Of a stretch of DNA of 34,944 bases, positions 10,791 through 23,668 are shown piece after piece. Position 1 is the stretch's first letter, and the number at the start of each line of letters is the position of its first letter. Below the pieces are notes generated by a model. The model saw nothing but the letters and a program-made list of their open reading frames with translations. It did no database searches and was not told where the DNA came from. The position numbers and the translations under genes are program-made. The stretch is from Octopus bimaculoides (taxonomy: Eukaryota), in NCBI RefSeq assembly GCF_001194135.2, contig NC_068985.1:94848021-94882964 (forward strand). Direction: 5' to 3'.

Positions 10791-12180
10791 TATATATATA
10801 TATATATATATNNNNNNNNNNNNNNNNNNNNNNNNNNNNNNNNNNNNNNNNNNNNNNNNNNNNNNNNNNNNNNNNNNNNNNNNNNNNNNNNNNNNNNNNN
10901 NNNNNNNNNNNNNNNNNNNNNNNNNNNNNNNNNNNNNNNNNNNNNNNNNNNNNNNNNNNNNNNNNNNNNNNNNNNNNNNNNNNNNNNNNNNNNNNNNNNN
11001 NNNNNNNNNNNNNNNNNNNNNNNNNNNNNNNNNNNNNNNNNNNNNNNNNNNNNNNNNNNNNNNNNNNNNNNNNNNNNNNNNNNNNNNNNNNNNNNNNNNN
11101 NNNNNNNNNNNNNNNNNNNNNNNNNNNNNNNNNNNNNNNNNNNNNNNNNNNNNNNNNNNNNNNNNNNNNNNNNNNNNNNNNNNNNNNNNNNNNNNNNNNN
11201 NNNNNNNNNNNNNNNNNNNNNNNNNNNNNNNNNNNNNNNNNNNNNNNNNNNNNNNNNNNNNNNNNNNNNNNNNNNNNNNNNNNNNNNNNNNNNNNNNNNN
11301 NNNNNNNNNNNNNNNNNNNNNNNNNNNNNNNNNNNNNNNNNNNNNNNNNNNNNNNNNNNNNNNNNNNNNNNNNNNNNNNNNNNNNNNNNNNNNNNNNNNN
11401 NNNNNNNNNNNNNNNNNNNNNNNNNNNNNNNNNNNNNNNNNNNNNNNNNNNNNNNNNNNNNNNNNNNNNNNNNNNNNNNNNNNNNNNNNNNNNNNNNNNN
11501 NNNNNNNNNNNNNNNNNNNNNNNNNNNNNNNNNNNNNNNNNNNNNNNNNNNNNNNNNNNNNNNNNNNNNNNNNNNNNNNNNNNNNNNNNNNNNNNNNNNN
11601 NNNNNNNNNNNNNNNNNNNNNNNNNNNNNNNNNNNNNNNNNNNNNNNNNNNNNNNNNNNNNNNNNNNNNNNNNNNNNNNNNNNNNNNNNNNNNNNNNNNN
11701 NNNNNNNNNNNNNNTGTATGTATGTATGTATATATACATATGTGTGTATACATGTGTGTGTATGTATGTGTGTGTATGCAAACATTTATACGTCTAAGAA
11801 TTTATATATACGCTATATGTGGAGCGTGCACAGTATTTTGAATATTCACAAAAGCAATTTGCAATTTTGCAGTTTAGAGATATGTATGATCTACTATTTG
11901 TACTTGAATATCATTAATACCCTTGTCCCTCTAACTCATATTTCAACGAAATATATGCAGTTTTCTGACAGACGTATGTTTTTATTTTCCTCGCACATTA
12001 CAACACTTGGCTTACAGACAGACCTCTTGTGAAAAAGAACACAATGACTAATAGTTGTCTGTATGCGTGGAATCTCATACAAAGAACGCCAAACAATATG
12101 AAAAAAAAGCTATATAGAAAACGTTTGACTATGGGGAATATATGACAATTCTATATGCGTGTATGCTTGTGTGTGTGAGT

Positions 12181-12213
<33 letters not shown>

Positions 12214-15200
12214 NNNNNNNNNNNNNNNNNNNNNNNNNNNNNNNNNNNNNNNNNNNNNNNNNNNNNNNNNNNNNNNNNNNNNNNNNNNNNNNNNNNNNNN
12301 NNNNNNNNNNNNNNNNNNNNNNNNNNNNNNNNNNNNNNNNNNNNNNNNNNNNNNNNNNNNNNNNNNNNNNNNNNNNNNNNNNNNNNNNNNNNNNNNNNNN
12401 NNNNNNNNNNNNNNNNNNNNNNNNNNNNNNNNNNNNNNNNNNNNNNNNNNNNNNNNNNNNNNNNNNNNNNNNNNNNNNNNNNNNNNNNNNNNNNNNNNNN
12501 NNNNNNNNNNNNNNNNNNNNNNNNNNNNNNNNNNNNNNNNNNNNNNNNNNNNNNNNNNNNNNNNNNNNNNNNNNNNNNNNNNNNNNNNNNNNNNNNNNNN
12601 NNNNNNNNNNNNNNNNNNNNNNNNNNNNNNNNNNNNNNNNNNNNNNNNNNNNNNNNNNNNNNNNNNNNNNNNNNNNNNNNNNNNNNNNNNNNNNNNNNNN
12701 NNNNNNNNNNNNNNNNNNNNNNNNNNNNNNNNNNNNNNNNNNNNNNNNNNNNNNNNNNNNNNNNNNNNNNNNNNNNNNNNNNNNNNNNNNNNNNNNNNNN
12801 NNNNNNNNNNNNNNNNNNNNNNNNNNNNNNNNNNNNNNNNNNNNNNNNNNNNNNNNNNNNNNNNNNNNNNNNNNNNNNNNNNNNNNNNNNNNNNNNNNNN
12901 NNNNNNNNNNNNNNNNNNNNNNNNNNNNNNNNNNNNAATATGTTAAGATTTTTGAATATGTATTGTCAAGGCGATCATATATGTTTCTTTATTGCTTTGC
13001 CGTATGAAAGTACAAGTAACAATTGACGAATCAACAAGTCTTCTAGAGACGTTTTGTACGATGAAATGAATAACTAACTTTAACTTTCGTTCCTGTGTAA
13101 ATACATGTCTCTCATCTTACGAACACGCAAACACACACTCACCTGCACGCAAGCACGCGCACACACACACACATACAGTGGGTGGGTATGTGTTTGCATG
13201 TGTGTTCATGTATATATGCGTTTGTTTGTGAGTGCTTATATTCACAGCCAATTGAAAAGCTATTTTGCTCACTACAGCGTATAGAAATAGTATTTTTATT
13301 TATTAGATGATAGTGATTCGTATAATTGTTCTTTATGGTTTCAGTTTAAATTCAATAATATGTTATATCAGTAACGTCTATATATAACAAAATGTCTTAG
13401 TCATGGTTTATTTAATCGGGTGTGTTGCTGACAAAAATGTCTGTGTAATATTATTCTGGAAAGAATGTACCCAAGGAGCGTACTTTTAGGAACCGTTGCT
13501 TTTAAAGTTATTTTCAAATTACTTTTGACGGTGGATGGGTCTTAGCAATATGATGTATCTCAATATCTTCAAATTAATCTTGTTTGAAGGTAATAGAGGA
13601 ATAGTGCTTGTCTCATGCTTATGTGATATCATTAGCTGTTTCCATGATTGCGTCTACTCCATAGAAAAAAAAATCACGGATTTCTGTATTTTACTAAAAT
13701 TTGTCTCCGATCTCCCATTTTATTGAAGCGCACACAGGACGTTGTTCGCTCTCTTTTGCAATAAACGGTCTTGAGTATAGAAAGCTTCCTGTATTGCTCC
13801 ACTAAAGAACTGAATACATCAGAGATAGCGGATTCCCAATGCCAAGCAATGATTTCCATGAAAAATAATTGATTATATACATGCTAAATCACTGTAGGTC
13901 GTATTTGAGTGAAACTAATGACAGATAAATAGATAGATACAGATACACACATACACACACACGCACACACACATATATATATAAGTGAGAGAGTAGGTAT
14001 GTGAAAGCACGTGGTTGAATGCATAAAAGACAAAATAGAAGGTTTGTATTATATGATTAAAATATCGTTATGCTAGGAAAATGTTACGAAATTTTGAGTA
14101 CAGTAACATTGTCTTTGGAGAGACAACCGGTTTCGTATTTTCTTTTCAAATTTCTGAAATTTCTTTACCGATAATGTGTCATCTCTTCGCTATGATGTGA
14201 ATTATGAGAGTTTCAGACAGTGCAAGGTAATCAGGGATTTTTTCGGTATAAGGGAGATAATCAAAGATGTTGGGAATGGGTAGGTTTTATTAATTTAACA
14301 TAATTTGGTTTAGAAAGAATAGAATGTGAGAAGTGGTTAAGTTTTGCTTTATATTTTCTTCAAAAAGGTAAGTTTCCTTATTTAAAATTGCTAGAAATGG
14401 TTGTTAAGTTTCGGCAAATATTTTTCAACGAAGGGATGATTATTGAATGGTTATTATTTTGATATTATGATATTTTTAATAATTTTTCTATCTTTATATA
14501 ATAAGTATTTCATATTAATTCATTTGGTACTTATTGTTGGTTGAGATATATATATCTAATTATTGTTCTATTTANNNNNNNNNNNNNNNNNNNNNNNNNN
14601 NNNNNNNNNNNNNNNNNNNNNNNNNNNNNNNNNNNNNNNNNNNNNNNNNNNNNNNNNNNNNNNNNNNNNNNNNNNNNNNNNNNNNNNNNNNNNNNNNNNN
14701 NNNNNNNNNNNNNNNNNNNNNNNNNNNNNNNNNNNNNNNNNNNNNNNNNNNNNNNNNNNNNNNNNNNNNNNNNNNNNNNNNNNNNNNNNNNNNNNNNNNN
14801 NNNNNNNNNNNNNNNNNNNNNNNNNNNNNNNNNNNNNNNNNNNNNNNNNNNNNNNNNNNNNNNNNNNNNNNNNNNNNNNNNNNNNNNNNNNNNNNNNNNN
14901 NNNNNNNNNNNNNNNNNNNNNNNNNNNNNNNNNNNNNNNNNNNNNNNNNNNNNNNNNNNNNNNNNNNNNNNNNNNNNNNNNNNNNNNNNNNNNNNNNNNN
15001 NNNNNNNNNNNNNNNNNNNNNNNNNNNNNNNNNNNNNNNNNNNNNNNNNNNNNNNNNNNNNNNNNNNNNNTATATATATATATATATGTATATATATAAA
15101 TGTACTGTTTTCCAGTAACATAAAAAACCCCACTTTTTTCACTGTTTTCGTTCTCTTAACAACTAAGCGTTCAGGCGAATGTACTGGTATTGATGAGACA

Positions 15201-15215
15201 ACGCTTGAAATATTG

Positions 15216-15313
15216 TCTAGTTAAATGCAGCTGATGAAGACTGATCAAATTTATGCTGACAAACGTATTTGAAGAGTCTGAAACTTATCCAATTCTGGGT
15301 GTCCATTTATCTA
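15216..15313 (+). ncRNA. Hammerhead-like motif (CTGATGA / long stem II / GAAAC) with imperfect stem I junction
   Basis: CTGATGA at 15231-15237, AGACT/AGTCT plus TCAAAT/ATTTGA stem, and GAAAC at 15280-15284. Confidence 0.35.
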
Positions 15314-16034
15314 ATGTTCTTCCTAGTGGTAAGGCAAATTCTTTATGTTTGTTGCACTCGCATATCTTTGCCGGTATATACGTAGTGAAACGTTACAATA
15401 GCGTCGTATTTGTATCGACTGCTATTTCCAGTAAATATTGTTGCTCTGTTGTACCACTAATCTGTATATATATATATAATTTTGGGACTGCCATGTTGGC
15501 TTGGCGATAACTATTAATTTCCAGTACCGCTGCCGTAGTCTCCTTTAGAGAGACTTAGAAATATTAATAACTNNNNNNNNNNNNNNNNNNNNNNNNNNNN
15601 NNNNNNNNNNNNNNNNNNNNNNNNNNNNNNNNNNNNNNNNNNNNNNNNNNNNNNNNNNNNNNNNNNNNNNNNNNNNNNNNNNNNNNNNNNNNNNNNNNNN
15701 NNNNNNNNNNNNNNNNNNNNNNNNNNNNNNNNNNNNNNNNNNNNNNNNNNNNNNNNNNNNNNNNNNNNNNNNNNNNNNNNNNNNNNNNNNNNNNNNNNNN
15801 NNNNNNNNNNNNNNNNNNNNNNNNNNNNNNNNNNNNNNNNNNNNNNNNNNNNNNNNNNNNNNNNNNNNNNNNNNNNNNNNNNNNNNNNNNNNNNNNNNNN
15901 NNNNNNNNNNNNNNNNNNNNNNNNNNNNNNNNNNNNNNNNNNNNNNNNNNNNNNATATGTAGGTAGTTGTGATAATTGTGACTATGATGATGTTTATGAT
16001 AGTAACACTAGTGATAGTAATAAGGTTCTTATTG

Positions 16035-16210
16035 GTGTCAATTTTGGGTCAAAGGCCAGTACTTTCGGAGCGGGGGTAAGACGATTATTTCGCACGAAGT
16101 GATTTACTGGTACATATTTTATCGACCCCGCAAAGATGAAAGGCATAGTTCAGATTATAAAGTCAGAAGAAATGCCGCTAAGCATTTTGCCCGGTGTGCT
16201 AACAATCGAG
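16035..16210 (-). mobile_element. Degenerate SINE family A copy
   Basis: CTGGTACATATTTTATCGACCCCGCAAAGATGAAAGGC...GAAATGCCGCTAAGCATTTTGCCCGGTGTGCTAAC. Confidence 0.8.
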
Positions 16211-16299
16211 CCAGATCTCCACCGTAAGGTTCCATTTAATATATATGAAGAAAAAGCAAAGATATTATTAGAAATGAAAAATATAAACGGTATTATTAG

Positions 16300-16445
16300 A
16301 AATAGTAGTGGTTTTGGTGGCAGAGGTGGTAGTGGTGATATTGGTGGCTGGATGAGAAGGAGGATGAATAATGGTATCCATACAGAAGATTATGATGGTG
16401 ATGAAGATGATGAGGAGGAGAAGTATGATGATGATGATGACGAAA
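16300..16445. repeat. Imperfect (GAT/GGT/GAG)n low-complexity tract
   Basis: Seen directly in the sequence. Confidence 0.85.
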
Positions 16446-19330
16446 CACATTTCAGTTAATTTTGAATGCTAAGGCTGTATATAATCTCATGGACATGTGT
16501 GGAGTGCAGAGGCATTATTACTAAAAAACATATTCAAACCAAGAAATAAAAAAGCAGTATTTTCCTGTCATACGTTTTATCAAAATACATGTAACATTCA
16601 CAGCTTGTAAAAAGTAGAAGACAATGTATGAATATTTGTGATGTATTTTCATACAATTCTTTTTCTAATCTTCCGTGTTTATATACCAGTATATATGAAG
16701 AATGGAAAAAAATGATGAAACTTTTGTAAACAATGGTTATAAAAAATTCTAATCTCCCACAGTTTCTGAGATTTTACTTTATACTTTGATCTCTTATACA
16801 GAAAACATACGATTATATATAAAAGAATTGTTTCACTGTTTCAACTACATTTCATTTCTAATTTTTATTTCGTTATTTCTTTGAAATTTTGCTTATCAAA
16901 CATGACATAGATAATGTCTTATTTCATGTGCATTTGGCTTCAGGTAAATATGGTGATACATTCTAATCGCTTGATATTATATTATCTATAGATCTGAAAG
17001 ATAATGCACTCTACAATTTTGTTTAGTCTGTCAGCATTCGCTTGCGAAATTACAAAAGGCAATGTTGACAATACAATTTTTTTTCATTAACTTTTAGAAT
17101 TTTCTGCGTATAATATATATAATATACAAACTTTAATTTCTTCCTGTACTGTCATCAGTGTCTTTCTTGCATGTTGTAACAATAATCTTTCTTTAGTATT
17201 ACGTTGAAATTAAATCTAGAAAGCTACACACACTATTTTCCGTCTGTAACAGAATTGTTGTTAGAATAAACAATTGGATTATTCTAAGAAATACGGAGAA
17301 AATTAAACTAACATTATGTAAGCACGAATAGCGACATAGACTAAGACTGTTGCAGAAAATGCCCGAAATTCAGAATTTGTGTACATTATGAATTACAGGA
17401 AGGGTAAAAATCCCGAATATTGTAACGGAACAAATATCGATTGTTTGGAACATGAGCCGTAAGGAATTCGCAAACAAAAAGAAGAAAAAAAAAACAAATA
17501 CAGAAAATATCTCGTAATGTTATAAACACTTCTAAGGAAGGAATAACCTTTACTCCATGAAAGGTAAACTACCTGCTCTTATACGAGATCGCGATTAAAC
17601 GATTGAAAGCACAAAGAAATAAGAGGCCAGACCCAGGATCCGAAAGGAAAGGTGCCCTGAGTTCTAGTGTTGCAATAAGGGGTTTTACAATATTAGAAAG
17701 AAAGAAAAGAAAGGCAATTGTAAAGCAACTCGTTAAAAGCAATGTCACTTTATACGAAATGTCACGTCCGAAATACTTGGAAATCATACCGAAGTACTAA
17801 TAGAACTTACCAATCTAACTGAAGAGGCAAATGAACCATCTAATTAATAATTCTACCCAAAAGGGAAGGATAGAGAAACATGAACGAGACATATATTTGT
17901 TAGTCACAGCCCAGATAAAAACTTTGAGAAAGGTTAAATGGATGGCGAAAGCGCTCGACACAGAAAACTGTAAATACCGCAAAGAAAGACGCTCAAATTA
18001 ATTGAAAACATGGAAATGTCGGACTACTTCTCTTCATGAATTATTAGAAAAATACACAAATCTTGGCGCAAACAACTATTGGGTGTTTTTTTATTTCTAA
18101 CAAGGATGAGAGTGTTATACTTTCTCTAACATTCCATTGTTATTTTCAGGCAAGTTCTGTGAACATATTGGAGCACAGCATTAGCAATAATGTTCATTTT
18201 AGACGCACTTCCCGTACCGGTCTCCGGAATAAGTCTTGCTGGAATAGTGATTTCAACAGAGCTGCCTTGTCTTGCAGTGCTACGATGTGGGGTCCATTTG
18301 TTAAATAAGACAAAAATTTATTGGAAAAAAATAAAATATTCTTTTTTTAGAATACATAATTCATGCAATGACAGTCGTTGTTCCTGCCAAAATGTACAAA
18401 CAGTGGACATAAAAACAAAATTTAGGGACGCTGGTATCACTTGTAAGAGCGGTTATTTTTATCTGCTACTTAATGCAGCTATTGAAAAATATTTACATTA
18501 TACAAACCGAAAATTCAGTAAAAATTCGTGGATTCACAAACATCCTGCAAGTGAAATACAAAACGATTTCATTAAGTGAACATCTAATGTAGGAACGTTT
18601 TAAATATATTTCCTTTAATGGATTGATAGTATGGTGTTAAAAGGTCTGTTAAAGAGAAACGTTTTGTAGAAAAAATGAACCTAAATTGAAAATTGAGAAT
18701 GACATTAATTTAAAATCAATATTTAAAAACAATTGTTTTCCTATGAATTGTACAAAATTATTCTTATTTGTAAGAAGCCATGATGTTATGTCAACGATGA
18801 TAAATTGTACTATTTACTAAATGTAACAATATTGTTTTCAGTGATAACATGATATTAACTATTCTCTTGAAAGTGTTACAAAAAAGATTGAAATACCAGT
18901 GAATTATATCTGTATTATGAAAAACACAGCGGAAAGCAAAGAACCTATAAAACACATTTAGAAAACCAGCAAAGAGTTGATTTAACAAAATAAACAATAT
19001 TTATGTGCTTTTCTCATATAGGACATATAAGTGCTTAGAATAACCTGAAGTGGTTCATCAGGTAAGTCAACCTTTCATTGCACCGTATAATCAGTAGAAC
19101 TTTCTAATACTTAAATATACTGGGATTCACTTAAGTGAATAATATATTTCCCTAGACAGTATTACAGTAACATACAGAAGCACACATAACACACAGATAT
19201 ACAAACACAACCTCACACATATGCACACCCACGCAGGCACGTATGCTCAGGCGCACACACAACACATACATATCTGTGTGTAACGAATTCTCCGCCGTTA
19301 GTTGGAGTAATACTTTATTGGCAAATTAAT

Positions 19331-19640
19331 AATGGTTTCAAATTTTGTCACAAGGGCAGTATATTTGGGGAAGAAGGTGGGATACTTAATTTATCTATCT
19401 CGAAAAAATGAAAGGCAATGTCGACCTCGGCGGAATTAAAACCCAGAAGGAAGTGACGGGTGAAATGCCGCTAAGTATTCTTTTCTACTTTAGGCACAAG
19501 GCCCGAAATTTTGGTACTTAATTTATCGACCCCGAAAGGATGAAAGGGAAAATCGACCACGGCGGAATTTGAACGCAGAGCGAAAGGACAGACGAAATAC
19601 CGCTAATTATATTATCCAACAATTCTGCCAGCTCACTCCC
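19331..19640 (-). mobile_element. Two tandem, partly deleted SINE family A copies (about 19331-19475 and 19479-19640)
   Basis: The TACTTAATTTATC...TGAAAGG...TCGACC(T/A)CGGCGGAATT...GAAAT(G/A)CCGCTAA block occurs twice. Confidence 0.88.
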
Positions 19641-20196
19641 TTTATTAGCAAGTTAATAATGATTTGTTTCAATATTCGTATTAGAAACTCTGTCCATTGA
19701 TTATACATAAAACGTCAAGTAATAACCAAAACCAAAAGAGAAATAGTTTTCCTTTATAAAATATGTCTTCGTGAATTGAAAATTTAAGACAAATTTATTT
19801 CTCCATTCTGTTGCTAGAGGTTTGTATTTTATATCCGACTGATTATATTTTTTTGCTTCTTTGGTCGCTTATCAGATATTTTCTCTATTCAATCTTTAAT
19901 TTAATCTATACCTATTCAAAGCGATCATGTCTTTATTTACTTATGTTGATTTTTAATAATCATTGATATATTTCTTACACGGACCTGCGTATATGAATTT
20001 AATAGCAATCTAAATATTTGGAGAACATATATCCGAATTACTAACAACATGACTCCCTTGTTTTGTCAGAGTAGATACAAAAACAATCTCTTGCACATCA
20101 GTCCCTCACAATGTCTTACGTCGTCAATGTACGAAGTGAAACTGTTAAAAGAATCTTAAAGTATTTTCTTTGTCCTTCAAGACTTTTATCGTCTAT

Positions 20197-20417
20197 CTTT
20201 TACTTATTTCAGGCATTAGACTGCGGCCATGCAGGTGCACCACTTTGAAAAATAAGAATTTTAGTCGAGCGAAGCAGTACCAGGGTCTATTCTTTTAAAC
20301 ATTGCACTTATTCTATCAGTCATTTTAACGAACCACTAAGCTAACCAACGCTGCTTGTCAAGCGGCTGTGGGGAACAAATACAGATACAAAAGCACACAT
20401 ACACACATCATGTGTAT

Positions 20418-20449
<32 letters not shown>

Positions 20450-20620
20450 GGAGGGAGGGAGGGAGAGAGAGAGATGGCATTTCGATGGGCTTTTCTTCAG
20501 TTTCCGTCTACCAAATCGACTTACAATGCTTTAGTCGGCCTGAGGTTGTGGTAGAGAACACTACACTTAAACAAAGTGTCACACAGTGGGACTGAACCCG
20601 CAACCATGTGGTCAGGAAGG
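20197..20620 (-). mobile_element. SINE family B copy with internal (GATA)n(GGGA)n(GA)n
   Basis: Collinear with the other family B copies. CAGTGGGACTGAACCCG is the reverse complement of a B-box-like GGTTCAGTCCC. Confidence 0.88.
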
Positions 20621-20849
20621 AATCTGCACTTAATTTTCATAGCAATTTAAGTCTTCGCTTCTTTTGAAACAAACAGAATGCATAAACATATAAAGATATC
20701 TTGTCCAATTGATATTCTATAAAGATTTCTTGCTCAAACTGATGTTCTATTTAGTAACTAATAGAACAGAACTCAACCTATTTTGATAAATATATTTCAG
20801 GACCCGTATTAATAAGATTTCGAATTCTATGTGATGATATTATTAAACA

Positions 20850-21030
20850 TACTCTACCACAATGACTCTATCTTCTCCACTTCCATCTCTTTCTCATTTG
20901 ACTGCAGCTATTTCTCTTTCTTGGTCTCTATGCTATTATCACTTTGGTCTCCTTCTGATGAAAGACTAACGGCCAAAGCGTTTCGCCACACATTCTCTAT
21001 TGACGCATTAAAATATACCATGTTTCCAGC
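20850..21030 (+). mobile_element. Possible Penelope-type terminal-repeat remnant with a decayed hammerhead core
   Basis: A pyrimidine-rich tract precedes TCTGATGAAAGACTAACGGCCAAAGCGTT. Confidence 0.35.
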
Positions 21031-21421
21031 TTAGTTTTCCTATGTTGAAATTTGTAATGGTTTCTTTTCATACAGAATATTCACATCTTAGGCATCTTCA
21101 TGTTGAATCTCTACATTGGATTATCACCAGAATTACATTGGATAGTGACACATTTGAAACTTTCTTTCTCTTTTCCCCAATTATATAACACTTTTCCAAT
21201 CAGCCTTTGCTTCTCTGAGGTCTTTCCTCATCCCATGACGCACAGACACCCGAATACTCCGAAAAATGTCTGTTTCACCATTGAAACATTAAATTAATAC
21301 CAAATTTGCCAAACTTGGCTCCTCCTATATTGCTCATTTAATGTTTGTTTATGTCAGTTTATTCTATTGAGGCACTAAACTAATCTGCCTGCATATATGT
21401 GCGTGGAAGTGTCTCAGTATA

Positions 21422-21423
<2 letters not shown>

Positions 21424-21501
<78 letters not shown>

Positions 21502-21570
21502 AGTGTGTGTGTGTGTGTATATATTGTATGTATGTACGTATGTACGTATACGTATACGTATGTATGTATG
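21424..21570. repeat. (TA)n, (TG)n and (TATG/TACG)n compound microsatellite
   Basis: Seen directly in the sequence. Confidence 0.98.
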
Positions 21571-22293
21571 TATTTGTAACACAAAATATTTCTGGAAGCA
21601 TTCACATGCACATGGAAAATTAAATTAAGAGGTGACGTATTCACTGACATATGCAATAAATTTTGAATAAACAGAATTTTTCTTAAATATAGCGCAATAT
21701 TTTATAGGTAATTATTTATACACTTCCCCATTAATTATAATTTGAGAGAAAATGCACGAAGTATATTGGGGCATTTCAAAATTGTATTCTTTCGGTATTA
21801 TTTATCCTCAAGTAATATATTTTGTATATATTCCCTTCGGTAATTTTCCAAAATATTATTTGGAAACCAATTAAACCAATATATATTTATCAGAAATGAC
21901 GAAAATTCACTAAAATGGCTTTATTGCCAAGCCACAGAAGAATTTAATTTATTGTTAAACATCTAAGAATAATTTTTTATCACTTCACATAATTATTTCT
22001 AAATAAAGCAAATGCGAATATAATGTTAGTTTTATTAATCACGTTTAAAATTTAAATAATCAAAATTTCAAAATTATATTTAAGATGGCTAATTATTTTA
22101 GGAGAATAGTAATGATATTTTTCGTGATTTATAAATTTGTAATAATTTGTTGATATTTCATTAGCAAATGCGTTTCTGCTTGAAATACCTTCACGTATTG
22201 AAACACGATACAACACGACTACTTTCTCTATTCAAAAGAGAAAAAATAATCACAACAAAAAAGACTATAAGCAAACTTCTGATGAACGCCGTG

Positions 22294-22609
22294 TGCTTAG
22301 GAGGTTGTTGTGTCCTAGCATATGTTCTGCTTTTAGTTTTCGTATTTTCCAGTGTTGTTCTCTGTCTATTATTTTAACTTCATCCCTCAGGGGGAGGTGG
22401 TCTCCATTTTTCCATAATTGATCAGCTATACCCGATTTATCAATATGTCCTCGTATCACAGCTTCGCGATGTTCCTCTACTCTTATTTTGAGGGGACGAC
22501 ATGTTTCGCCTTTGTATATCCTACCACAGTTGCGTTGGATGGAGTACACGCAGTCTCTGGTCATATTCTCTTCTATTGGTGGTTTTACTCGAAGGAGATA
22601 TTTGCAAAG
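22294..22609 (-). mobile_element. Penelope-like element GIY-YIG endonuclease fragment
   Basis: KYLLRVKPPIEENMTRDCVYSIQRNCGRIYKGETCRPLKIRVEEHREAV...SGIADQLW..DH...DEVKIIDREQHWKIRKLK shows the CVY-xI-x-Y-x-G-ET-R-x-RxxEH and RxxxE-type layout of PLE GIY-YIG domains. Confidence 0.9.
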
Positions 22610-23668
22610 TCCACAGAATTCATGTTTTTTCCATCCAAAATGATTTTGAAGGTTGCGAAATGAATGATAATCAGATGGGGCAATGCCAGGCGAATAAAGT
22701 GGGAGGTGGGGGCATCGTTTCTCATTCAAACTACTTTAGCCTTTGGAATGTCATTCTCGCTACATGTGGCCAAACATTATCCTGGTGGAAGAACAACTAT
22801 TGTCTTGAGACAAAAGATGTTCGCTTTCCTTCTAGCGCTAAATTAAGCCGCTCAAGCTGCTTGCATTAGATCTCATTTGTTATCGTTTGGTTTTGGTATA
22901 AAAGTTCAAAATGGACTAAACTGTTCATATCGTACATAACAGATAACACCGTACGTGGGGGAAGACCTTCACTAGCCAGGGATGCCGGTGTTTCACCTTT
23001 TTCTACCCACTGTCTTCGGTGCTTGATATTTTTATAGAGAACCCTTTTCTCGCCACCAGTCAGTATTGTGTCAAAAAAATGTTCATTCGTGAGACCTGAC
23101 AGCCAAGAAGAGTACACATTCACCTACTCTGCGGAATTAGCCTTCGAAAGTTTGTGAGGAGCCCATTGACCTAATTTGCTGACTTTTCCGATGGCACATA
23201 GGTGTCGATGAATGGTTGAATAACCAAATGCAAGCATCCCTGGTAGTTCCTCAACAGTTATGATGGGATTTTGTTCCACCAGCGTTTGCAGGACGTCCTC
23301 GTCGATCTCTGCAGATCTTCCAGGACGAGGCTCGTCTTCTTGGCTCTAGTTTCTTGCACGGAATTTCTGGAACCACTGTTGACACTGGTTTACACTTATT
23401 GTTCTATTCCTATATACTGCATTAATATTTTTCGCAATTTCCGTTGCGTCGTTGCCGAATATGCTCCTTTGTCACTTCAACTATAGCGGTGAAAAAAAAC
23501 AGCGACTGTTGAAATGGAACTGCACTCTTCAGAACTTACACTAAGAATAAGTCTAAGGTAAAATTACTACACACTTTTATAGCAAGTTGATGCAGGTAGT
23601 TTATTCCGTCCCCTCCCGGCTTTTAGTTCATGCAATTGAAAAAATTGCATTATTTATGAGATGAACCA

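Noticed and set aside
13120-13240. (CA)n...(TG)n foldback
   Set aside because: Complementarity comes only from opposite-strand microsatellites, which are ubiquitous here.
13674-13859. 61-aa minus ORF and an alternative frame FFSGAIQEAFY
   Set aside because: No convincing domain match and no usable donor site.
16136-16459. 107-aa ORF with Gly-rich and acidic tail
   Set aside because: It is a SINE remnant read into a (GGT/GAT)n low-complexity tract.
17569-17990. Hydrophobic minus-strand ORFs with GPCR TM3-like words (CAFNRLIAI, FCVERF)
   Set aside because: They are antisense of purine-rich DNA, interrupted by stops and in inconsistent order. The plus strand may be a LINE remnant but I could not support that either.
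18063-18579. Overlapping ORFs after a good acceptor at about 18150
   Set aside because: No recognisable protein in any frame on either strand.
22279-22340. CTGATGA next to the GIY-YIG fragment, plus similar words at about 19054 (-), 23866 and 29745
   Set aside because: No properly placed GAAA with stems, or a core too mutated to call.
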